Shown one piece after another: positions 37,893-50,300 of a stretch of DNA of 64,000 nt. Within the stretch, counting starts at the first letter, position 1, and every line of letters begins with the position of its first letter. A program made the position numbers and the translations under genes. The notes under the pieces are model-generated. The model had not been told where the DNA came from, ran no database searches, and saw only the letters and a program-made list of their open reading frames with translations. The stretch lies in assembly GCF_000150275.1 (NCBI RefSeq), contig NW_002060963.1:653262-717261 (forward strand). The letters are read 5' to 3'. Source of the stretch: Trichoplax adhaerens. Taxonomy: Eukaryota; Animalia; Placozoa.

Positions 37893-40340
37893 ATGATGGA
37901 AAGAATGATTCATTCGTTAAAGAGCAATGCTCTAGCGACTGCACAATTCTTAACACCAGTACTCAAAGAGTCAAAATTTCGTGAGACGGGGGTGATCACT
38001 CCGGAAGAATTTGTTGCTGCTGGTGATTACCTTGTCCATCAATGTCCAACATGGCAATGGACATCGGGCGAAGAGAGTAAAATGAAGTCTTATTTACCGC
38101 GAGAAAAACAATTTCTAATTACACGTAATGTTCCATGTTACCGACGTTGTAAACACATGGAATATGTTGAAGAGAATGAAACTATAGTAGAAGAGGATAG
38201 TGAAATTGGTGGTTGGATCGATACACATCATAATGTCCAATTGGGCGATACGTTGGGAGCCACTGCAGCCAATGATGCTCCCCTTTCTGCCTTACAAGAT
38301 CAAATAGTCAATATATCGTTAGAGAATCGTAAAGGTATGTCAAAGGAATCTTATCCTTATACTCATTCACTCTTTACACGATCTTGAGCTGAACGGACTT
38401 TCGCCACCACTGTATTGCGTTGAATATGTTTGAATACAATTTTACCAAATGGATTCAGACGTGAATAAACGATGGATAGACGCGTATACAGTACAGTATT
38501 CGAGTTTTGTGCTATGCTGTTCTCCTTTCCATACGATAGTGTAGTAATAGTCCTATGGTTGAATTCTTTTACAATCAAAATAGGGTTGTCAGATGTACAG
38601 TTTACTGACGTAGACTCTACTAGATCTACTGGAGATAGATGTACGCGTATTTTGAATAGCGTGTGTTTCATTAATTTACACTATACTAACCAGTATAAGT
38701 CGACTAGGCTGATTGATCTACTGTACGGTAAGATAATAATAAAGCGATCGTAATTAGATCCTAATATGAATAAACAGACAAATTAAGATTGAATAATTGA
38801 TTTAGGCAAATTAGGTGAAGGACTTTAAGCGATATCTTACTATCACTATACACAAGAAAACTGCATTTTCACATTATTTAGGTATTTTCATTCATTAATA
38901 GCAATCCTTTAGTAGCAATGGATGATTGAGGACATTACAGCAAGCAGTTTAAAATACAAGGTTCGCTGTAAGACATACAAAAGAATATGCAACTAATCAG
39001 TAAACCTGTATGATTAATTATCGATCAGTACTTTAGATAGTAATTCAATTTAGCCCTGTTACTAGCGTCGATTAGTTAAAGCCGTACAATTTTTTCATTT
39101 GTAGTTCGCTAGTTAGTTGATACGCTAACTTACCGATATTTGTAAAGCCTGCATCTTATGTAGATCCAAACTGGAGAATACGATCAAGTATCTAAAATGT
39201 AGCGAAATAGACACAAAGAAGATGTACGAATAGAATATTGATGAGATAAAATTAAAGATATAATGGATCAGCAGTATCCTTGATAAACGAGCGAGCGTAA
39301 TTAACAGATTTTAAAGACTCAATTACATTATGTAGGGTATGCATTGACGTTGTAAACGTGCAAGTTAACAACCACGAAATCTAAAAGTAGTAAGTAATCA
39401 ACATACGGACACATTAGCTTACACAAATACTTTCAGCACGTCGTTAGTGGCCCTTTATGAATCGCATTGGATAGATAGTAACGCTCCAATTTATTGTACT
39501 CTAAAATGAATTCGTTTATTGTTGCTATGATCGGCCGTATTGGACATGCATAATTGTGATATTACTTGATGTATGTACTGCTGATGAGGAAATATTCTAC
39601 TTAATCGTAATATCTTATAATCAAAATTATCTTAGAATTTAATATACAGTAGAGCAGATCTCAAATCAAGTACCATGTTGAGTACAATGATTGTCTGATA
39701 CTAATACCTCAGCTACTAGATTCAAGGACTTAAATAGTAGTTGGCCGCATATAAAACAAGCCTATTCCAATTTTTCTTAGATGTCAGCCGTGATGGACCT
39801 GATGGAAATACAAATAATGACGATGGTGATGATGATGATGATGATGAAGAAGCGGAAGATATGGAAGCTTTCGAAGAGAGCGGATTGTTAGATGATGATA
39901 ATGCTACTTTGGTCACTAAAGATTCTACAGAGTTAAACGCTAGCGCCATTGATGGTGCTGCAGCGGATGGAGGTATTTTACAAACGCGAACTTACGATTT
40001 GCATATAACCTACGATAAATATTATCAGACACCACGTTTGTGGTTGTTTGGTTACGATGAGCATCGTCAACCATTGAAGGTAGAAGAAATGTATGAAGAT
40101 TTTAGTCAAGATCACGCCAAAAAAACCATTACCATGGAAAGTCATCCTCATCTACTGAATTCTACAATGGCATCTGTACACCCTTGTCGTCATGCTGAGG
40201 TTATGAAAAAAATTATACAAACAGTGCAAGATGGTGGCCATGAACTCGGTGTTCATGTGTATCTAGTTATATTTTTGAAATTTGTTCAAGCTGTTATTCC
40301 TACCATCGAATATGATTATACTCGGCAATTTACTATGTAG
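37893..40340 (+). CDS. ATG3: Autophagy E2-like conjugating enzyme ATG3, 2 exons (37893-38335, 39781-40340)
   Basis: [48 protein letters not shown], acidic flexible region, [26 protein letters not shown], catalytic [30 protein letters not shown]. Confidence 0.97.
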
Positions 40341-40895
40341 ATGGTCAGGATGTTTGATAGCACCCCGATAATTTTCTTAAAATAGGACTGGCAGACCAAG
40401 ATACAATTGCAACTGCTTGCTGCTTGCTACGTCATTTGATGCTTCGTGATTATTCAGAAATACGTGCATGATTTTTACAGTAGTATTAATAAACAATTTC
40501 AAGTATCAATAAGATAAACAATAGTACGGAATGATGTGTAGTAGCGATAGTACGTCATTGTGTGAGTATTATGGATCCAGTATTGATATTATATATATAT
40601 TATATACATTATAGAGAATATATTTAAAAGTTGATGGCTTAACTGATATTAATGATATGACTCGGAGAATTGAAGTATTGCATAACTGCTCACTATCTTA
40701 CAAATTGGTAAAATTATGGCAATCTTTAACCCCTTACTATTGACCTCAGAAGTTGAATCAGCTCACAATGTAATATGTAGGACTTCTCTATGTTTTGCTT
40801 TTAGACAGCTTATAATGATAACCGAAAACAATGATCTAGTATGCATATCTGTTGTCGTTTGTACCATTCTTTTATTGTGCGCAGCGGATTTGGTG

Positions 40896-43037
40896 TTAAA
40901 TTCTCGTTTCTTGAGATAGCATTTTGTCCTTGTGCATAATGATCACCTGTACATATAAATATTAATGCTATACAGTCAATAAATCCTAGTAAGAGACTTG
41001 CGTTATTTTACCCGCATTTCTTTACTATTCTAAACTACCGTTTACTTTCACGAATGATTCATCGTGCGACCGGTTTGTTAATCTTTAAATCAGCTAAAGA
41101 TTTGTAGTGATATTGTACCGTTACCCGGTGGTATACAGTAATACCTATTTTTCAACCTTTAGCCATATCAGTAAATTAGAAAGTATAATAAGATATATAG
41201 ATTTTATGAAAAATTTCTGATGTGCAAGTGTATTGGATATATACTGTAAGGTATGAAGAAAATATTACTTCATATAGACTGATATCACGTTATTCACATC
41301 TTTAATTTGAGGATATGTAATAGATACATTATTCAGAAATGGATAGTATCATCAATATAACTCTAAACTAGCTAGCAAGTGATTGTTCCTGTAAAAATTT
41401 ATATATAGTTCTTTATAGTCTGTAATTCGTTCGACAACATTTCTTACTTTACTTTTTGCGGATACTACCGTAAATTAATAGTCACTGTAGTCAATTACTA
41501 CACTCATATTACTGAATATGCCTTTGGAAAATAATTTCTTGCAGCCTGTACAATGTTATTTACAGCTGTATCTAATAAATTCATTAATAAACAATCTTAT
41601 TATTGATCCACATTGCATGAGCTCTACGGACTACCGCCACTTAACGTTTAGTAATTCCTGGACAGATAGATATTTATTACAGTGTAGCATAGGTAGTGGT
41701 TAATTTTATTAATATTCTGTGCAACTATTTTATATGCTACGATTATTCTTATGAATTAGTGCATTAACCACAAATAATAACCTCCTCAGTTTACAGCTCA
41801 CGAAAATCTTCCACAAAAAAGTATCAGCTATGATAATGCTATCAAAAATAGTAATTAACTCGCCACGTACGTCCTATTTATGCGGTAGGAATCAACGCTA
41901 CGTGCATGGTACTGTATAATATCTTAAAACATTTTTTCAGCAGTATTGCCTCCTACATGTATGTTGGTAGTGTATTATAGGAGTCTAGCTATGAAATACG
42001 ACAATTATTCATCATATTATGCAAAATAAATATAAATGACCCATTCCGCAGTAGCACTACACATAGTGTTCTTCAATAAAATGAAGGTGTGCTCTTTTAA
42101 TACGAATGATAATCGTAATCGCAACGCATGGAATAACCGTATGTATCGACGATATTGCAAAAATTGCAGTCAGCCTAATGGTAACCTATCTGCACTTATA
42201 TAACATGATCCAATTAGCAATGAAAGAGCTATAAGCTGGACCGTAGCAATTTCTATCTCACAATCATAAAACTATTCCTTTATTTACAGACCTATACAAG
42301 TACACTACGATACAATAATATATGAAATCCCATCTCGAACTAATACTTGTACTTGTATTTGCGAGACATAAAATATAGATGCAAATATTGCCAACATCGG
42401 AAATATGAAATTAAAATTATGACTAAATTAGTAGCTATCAACATTGATGTCGCAATGATCAAATTAGGCAATGATGGAAGGATAGTGTGATTATTTCGTA
42501 ACGTAAATCTGCGGGTAGATATAACTGGGTAATATATAAACGCAATCAGTTGAAAGCTGATAACTTTTATAGTTGTAGCCGACACAACATGATACTCTCG
42601 ATGAAAGCAGTCACTGCATTTTATAGATGAAGTAATATTACAAAATTCTCATAAAGATTATTGAAACTCTACCTGAATTTCCTTACTGTTGAAGTGACCA
42701 TCATTACAGGCAATAACTTACAAAAGTGTTTTCGGTGGCAAATAGCACAAAGTAAATAAGAGGCAATCTCTGATGATTCCCTAATTGCTTATTGATGCTA
42801 AACGCAGTAAAGTAAATGTTTATAGACTGATCATTATGGCAATAAAGTTATGTAATTATAGATCGAAATCAGTTTTATACATCCATCTTTTATATATCCG
42901 TTGCCAATCACTTCCGGTTTACAGTTAGAAATACAACGTGTGAAAATCACATTCCATACACTATTGCAGTGATCTACAACGACGATGGTAGCGAGCAACA
43001 TTATCCATTGCCGAATAGTCAAATTTTGCAATAGCAT
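40896..43037 (-). CDS. Candidate small secreted Cys-containing protein (~83 aa), hypothetical
   Basis: Putative exons 42881-43037, 42673-42716 and 40896-40946 join in frame at GT-AG sites: MLLQNLTIRQWIMLLATIVVVDHCNS VWNVIFTRCISNCKPEVIGNGYIKDG FIACNDGHFNSKEIQ VIIMHKDKMLSQETRI. Hydrophobic N-terminus resembles a signal peptide; no recognisable family; last exon uncertain. Confidence 0.3.
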
Positions 43038-44313
43038 ATACCTGGCAAGCTATGCCTGGCGGATTAATTAGTCATCGCAGCATGCACTTTAAAGCGTTGC
43101 ACCCTCTACATTATATGACTTAACATCGCAATTAGTAACAAAAGACAATTAAGTCAAAGAAATCAACGGACTGAATAAATAAATAATAGAGTAACTTTGC
43201 CATCAAATACAGTTCCATTTACTCCTCGCTGCACAGTAATAAGCCAAAAACAAACTATCAGAAGGTAGTTTTAGTCTATAGGGTCGTGATGACCTTTCCC
43301 ATAACAGTATACTTTACGCTCGATTAAGTAGCGGATTGAAAAGTGATGGATCTGATTTAAGGGAGTATGGCTAAACTCTATTTGACTACGGAAGGGAAAA
43401 TACTATGCTAAAGGAGGATAAAACAATGCGCAAGCATTTTAATGTAAATCTTTTCTGGCAATAATCCTTCAGTTATAGTAGGGCATCATGTTATTATTAT
43501 AAAGACAATAAATAATCAATATCATTGTTTGCACATATTGTCAATAATAGAAAAAAAATGGGAAAAGGTGAAGAAAAGTGCTATACTTAATAGTATTTGA
43601 GTTTGTAATAATATCATAGATTCCATCGTAATTAGACTTAATCGGCCCACTAACTGATCATTGTCAAATCATTTCAGAAGCGACATTTCTCCTTGAATGT
43701 AATTTTCAAATTTTACTCTAAAATCTCATTGGTAAAGCTCATTTTTTTCTTTACATATTTTAATTAATTCGATGTAGAGACATAAGTAACGTCCAATTGT
43801 TTGCTAGCATTGTTTATTCTCCAGGATTCTCTTATTCATTTTTCTTTTGCCTCGATAATCTTTAAGTTAGCGTGTATAAATGAGCGTACATTAAGACAAT
43901 CGCAAAGGCACTTGATATTTTGGGATTGGATGTAAAGAATTCCATGACTGCATGTCTGAAATTGCTAAGGTAAAAACTACCTGTTGAACATTAGGATTAA
44001 GAAAATGTTATAGCTTTGTCGTCGTAATTTACTTCTATTAAGATCACAGACCGTTCATATCATAACATTTAATGGAAGAGCTAGAATATTTTGTCATAAA
44101 TTACGTGGATTACAATCATTAAAATGACGCAACGATTATCGTATCATGCTAATGTGAATAATATCATCCAGTGTAGATATTAAGATGGCGAAATGAAGAT
44201 AAAACTAATTGTCTTTGCTCACCAAGCACTTGGTTTTTGAATTTAAAGCTCAAGCTTAGCGAGAATAATTTAATTCTTTTCTTCCTACAGAAATTAAACG
44301 CGAAAAAATTCTG

Positions 44314-47300
44314 ATGGACGGTCAAATGACGACGATTTCATTACCCGGAAAAGGGAAAGATGAAATAATTGAAGCAACCAAGGGTATCAGTAGTAAGGTA
44401 CGGATAGCTTAGGAAGCTTAATATGAGCTATAAGGGTAAAAGAAATTAACTAAAACTAATGACTAGAACGAGAATACTCTTTTTTGCCTGCAGAATGAAT
44501 CATAGTAGTCCTTTAATAATCCTACCGTTGAATTGCCTTCTGGCAAATTCTATAGAATTATTTAAACATAGCTAAGGCTGAATTGTAATGTAGGATAAGG
44601 TTTTCATTTTTTCCTCCAATATATTATGACAATTTCTATTAATAAATCCCTCAGGAATGAATTACTTTCAAAACCACTACGGACTATTTAAGAATTCTAC
44701 TTCACGTTCATTTCGATAGTACTACCAAGAAATATGTGATAGCCCTTTTAAAAGGACATATATTAGGGTAGCCATAGATCAGAAATATATGGTATCTAGA
44801 AATTAAAATTAGATCAATACGCGTATGATAATTTCTATTAATAAATCCCATTGGAAAAAATTATCTTCAAAACGATGATAGAGTATTAAGCCCAAATAGA
44901 AAATTATCTACCGCTATTTTGCTTTACCGAATTGTAAATATAGTTAGTAAAGAATATTGAGTTTACTTCATTCTAGAATTCCCAATAAATACAACAAATT
45001 GCATGTACAATTCAAAACCAGTGATTTATTGTCTCAATTAACGAATTATTTTTGCTCATAAAATATCTTTAAAACTTTTGTAATCATTAAACAGCGCTAA
45101 GCCGTACTTATATCAACGAAGTTATTTCACAGTGTTGCCGAGCTACGGTAAAACTTAATAAAATTTCTGTAAGGAAGTGATAGGCATATCCGTTCTCCCA
45201 CCATACACGTGATTTAACGCATTAGTAGGTAATTAAGGATGTGCCGTATTGTCCAATAATTTTCTTTCCAGAAGATTCTCATCAAACTTTACGATTACTG
45301 AACAAAGTTATGTTCTGGTAATGCCCTTCTAGTTGCTTTATTTAAACCCTACGCAATTTACTGTGAGTAAATTTGTTTAGTAGACAACTTGCTTCCAAAA
45401 GTGCCTTTTCGAAAACTTATCGACTATCGTACCTCACAAGGCTTGAATTTCACAAATCAGCAAGAATGAGATAAATTTGGATGAAAATATATTGTCATCT
45501 ACGGAATCTGTTCAAATTGAAGCATAGCAAAACTCTAACCTATGGGCTATTTCCTGTTTGGTCAAAATATAACGTTACAATATGATATTATGCATTTGAT
45601 TATCATTTTCATATGAAATAGGATTAAAAAAAATTTTTGAATTTCTTCCCCAGAACAGTAAACACGATTCGATATTTCTATACGTTATTATGAAATAATG
45701 ATAACTACGTGCATTAACCGAATCGTTTCTTCGTCTCTTATAGTTATGTCGGAATGAAAACAGTTCAGCTAATTATCCTTTTGTGGTAGTACTATTATAG
45801 CTACTTTTTAACGTAGTTTTTTTATCATCTCAATATACAAAGTTACCGTAGTCATGATAATATTTCAATGATAATATAATCATACATTAGGTCGATGGAT
45901 CAACGAGATCCTGAAAAGAATTACCGAATTACATATATCATCATAAACCGTGTAATACATAATTGTTACTTAGCTTTCTCTGATATGGAGATTACAATAT
46001 TTTAGCGACAAGCTGAACTATGTTCCAAATATTGTGAGATGAAGCCAATATCCTCAGACCATTTCGCATTCGTTCACAATGGATGTATCCTTTCACCTGA
46101 TGATCAATTAGCGACGGGGAAAGTAGCTTATCGTGCGGAATTTTTCTCATTCGATTTTGATGGACTACTCCGATTTGATCAACAAGCCTTTAACTATGTT
46201 TATCAACAAGTAAGTGATATATTTTAACGTATCGAATAACCGTTACTTGGAATATTATGAATCATAAAGCAATGGGTATCTAATCTGTATTTATTTTAAG
46301 GCTATTCACTTGCTATAACGTTTGGCTATTATAGTAATTTATTCATTCATTTCTTCATGATTGATATCTTAGTGTTTACAAGATATTGAAGATAAAAATA
46401 TCAAATTGCAGTGTAATCAAGCCGCTACTTTGTCTGTCTTAACTTGGTTATTAAAAAATTTAGAGAAAGGCCTTGTACTAAACGAAATTAAGGATTTCGA
46501 TATCAGGTGCGACCACAAATCACAACTACATCGTCTATATTTAAGAATTTTCACCTATAGGTTATAATGTGAATATCTAGTGCAGCGCCAAAATAGGTCA
46601 TTTTTTTAGGTTAAATTGGAAGATTGTACAGTACTATATTGTATAATCGTCATTCTAGAGACAGGTGCATATAGTGGTTGGCAGGTAAACTTATTCATGT
46701 AGTATTAATGCAGCTAACAAGAAATTATAATCCTCATCATAAACTTAAGACATTTCATCACAAAATGCCTGCCGCCTTTACGGAAAGTAAAAAGAAGTAC
46801 TCTAGACCTTTAACTATTCTTTTTCCATGTGCTAATCTCACTGAATAGTTAACATCATCTAGAGGGTATTCATAGTAGTTATTTTAAATCTTAATAATAT
46901 ATGACTTATTTTATCATTAATACTATAAGCACCGTCTAAAATATACTTATTAATTGTATATTTACGTTGTTTCATCGCAATAATCATACATAATCTCTTA
47001 ACCTGTAATTAAAAATTAGAAATAATTAATAGATAAAATCGATTGACTATGCGGCTAAATTCCCTTACCTTTTCGATCCCAGATGGAACGATCTAAAACT
47101 ATTTCGCTGTTGCAAGACTTGCTTATTCCGTCGAATACTTGCAGGACGAAAGAAATCACGTTGTCCAGTTCTAGGACAACTTGTAAAAGAAGGCATTGCA
47201 AAGATTGATCATGAAATTATCAATTATTATAACAGAAAAAAAAATCTCTATGCTAGTATGGATAAACAAGAAAAATCAATTAAATCTTCTTTAGTCTCTC

Positions 47301-50300
47301 CTGAAGAAATTATCTGCCAAGGAGATAATATATCAATACAGACTAGTGAAGATGTATCGACATCTAATTTATCCGTTACTCAAATAGTGCAACATAACAT
47401 ATTAGAATTTCTATTCACACTTAAAGAATTTCAATATAAAGTGTTTTCGGCATTCGAGGTAAGATATTTCTTTCACCTCCATAATACCCAAGATGTAGTA
47501 TAAGTATTATGCAATCTACAGCATAAAAAGCAGTCAGAGATTAGCTCTGGGTATCGGTCTGCCTTTCTTCTAAATGTTTAAAATATCATCTCAAATAGAA
47601 AATGGTATGAAAGCTTTATCAATTATTCTTAATTAAATTGCAGTTAAATTCGCCTTAATTATACAGTTAACCTCATCAGTAATTGATTAGCTAAGAGGTT
47701 AATGTCTTCAGTAAATTTTAGCTACAAAATTACATTAGACCCGTTTAAAAATTGAAAATCCTTTGTACTAGTAGCTGCTGATATATATGTTATTAAGTTG
47801 ATGGTTTAAAATTGACAGTTTCGAATTGTAGATAATTATTTTAAATAACAATTCGTTAACATCCACGATATCAGATCAAATTATAATCATAGACTAGAGA
47901 ATTATACTAAGCCTTTATAATATATATAAATTCTCACTAGGAGGGAAAGAAAGTGTACGAGATTGCAGTTTCATGTCAAGGCCTCGTAAGTGAACTTATT
48001 ATTACTATGAACACAGCCACTGTATAAGTAGCAGTAAGCACCCTAGCTATGCCAGTAGAAAGGATACAGAAATTACTACGATTTTCTCTAAATGGCTTTT
48101 AACTCTAAATAAAGTCAGGTTTTCGATTTTATTAATTCGGCGCAATAAGAAGTTCCTTCATAACATTGCAATTTAACTATCAGCCTTCATGTCCTTAGTA
48201 TCATTTTTACGTGTACTGTACGATCAGAATTATCCGAAGGATACTAACAGCATTGTCAGATAAAATAAACTTACCAAATTTTAAAATCTTAAATCTCCGA
48301 GTAATATCCTTAGCTAACGAAATTTATACCTTTTTCCATGATTTTTGCGTGAATGATAACGTACCGCACTTGTGAATAATTTGAATCTATAAATAATGTC
48401 ATCAGACAAACTGAACTTACCTATTTAATATTTCAATAGCGGAATTCTGTGCCAATTTGATAAGTTTCATGACTTGTTTATCATTTTTATTCGTGTAATA
48501 TTATCCGGATAGTTTGATGGATATTTGTGGTATTTTTAGATAAATCGAATCGATAAAATTTAATACCTTAGCAGCGGCTTCTATAGCTGCGGTGTAAATA
48601 TTATAATTAACTACTTTATTCAGAAGAGCTATTTATTTGAATTCTTATGCTTCCACAACCATTTTTCTACAGGTATTTAAAATGTCTACCAGCAATAATG
48701 AGGAAGAAAAATTATTTTCTATTGAAGATATAATTTCAATCCAAGTCCAGAATCATGTTATTCAAGTTGAAGTCAATCAAATAGATAATTGCAACATTAC
48801 CAGTTCAATGGACAAATATCTCGAGAAAGAGCTCGGTTATACTGCTTCATATACCTATAAATGGGTAAGTCAATCGTAATTGTAGTAACGTATTCCATTT
48901 AATTATTTTACAGAGAATAATTTTCCCAAATAAAACCAACCTACAATAGTTTGCACTTTCCAAAATATCAAGACGCTATCTTTTAGTAGATTCATTACAT
49001 TGCAATTTCTATATTAGATATTACGCAACAATAGCATGATAATTAATCACATCGTTAACGGCAGTAAAATAATCGCTCTGGATATTACCTCATCCTGTAG
49101 CGCTCTACTCTGAATCAGCTTGTATCTACGCAACTTAACTTTCGCTACCTTAAAATTATTTATGGATCTATGATATTTTTAAGGCCTTTCAATTATGTAC
49201 GTTAGATTGCTGTTATGTAGCATCAATAATGTGCCTTATATACACTTTAAAGTATATTTATATCAATTCATAAATAAAGCAGTATCTTGTTAGTTAGATT
49301 TTTAAGGGTATCCGGGAGTGAATCAGATTGTTTCTTAACAATTTCTCGTGGAAAAACAAACTACAGTACATGTTGTGGCATGTTATTTTATGCTAAAATA
49401 TGTACTAACGTAAGATTTTTCAGCGTTTAATAATATTTTGCTAATTCAATACTATTGTAATAAGTACGATTGCAAGTTTGATGCTTAGTGCTTTATAATA
49501 ATCGAGATTATAATAGTAAAATCCTTAATACTATTTTTATTTAACAGGCATGTCAGAACGAAATGAAAGCTAAATCTTTCTCAAACGTTCTTAAAGGCTA
49601 TTACAGATTGTTAGTAAATCGAAACACTAATTTATCAGGAGGTAAAGGGTTTAGAGACTGTAATCTGGAGTATTTTTTAATTATGCCAGATTCACGATAG
49701 AAATGTTTATTTTATTTAACAGATGTGAATTCTACATGTTCTGAATATAGATTTGTTGTAAACTATACCTGCTAGTTTATCAGTAATATATATACATCAG
49801 TAATAATGCCTGATGAGACCATTAATTTAGGAACATCTAAAATTACCGCCACAAAAGGCAGATTTTGATTAAATAACATTGTAAGCCAGATCATTATCTT
49901 TTGCAGGTAAACAAGAAATAGCAGTAGATTTAGAAAATGAGCTAAAAGGTGTTCTTCATGGGCCATTACGGTTAGTAGAGATTTAGATCGCAGTATATAA
50001 ACAGATTTTAGCGTAGGCTATTTTTTTAGCTATATTCACTTTCAGACGAGCAGGGTAAAAGATAAGCAGCAAGCAGATATACTCATGTAAAGTTCCTTGA
50101 ATAATATACAGACTTAATATGCTATAAAGTCAGAATATTTAGCTCTAAACTAATCATTAAGAGTCTCCCTCCATAATGTATATCAATCGAAAATATTCGT
50201 TTATAGGATTAATCTAGATGCTAAAATTCTACCATTTTGAATAGCTGTTCTAAGAAAGCATTATTAGACCGCGTTAATCAATATCACGCTATTTTTCTAT

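Noticed and set aside
42961-43041. SH3-like start VYAIAKFDYSAMD on the minus strand
   Set aside because: The frame stops after about 26 codons with no ELSF or WW motifs and no convincing donor site.
44624-44872. Imperfect ~50 bp direct repeat (AATTTCTATTAATAAATCCC...TTCAAAAC) in the 5' part of the kinase gene
   Set aside because: Looks like a small neutral local duplication; no terminal inverted repeats or other TE hallmarks.
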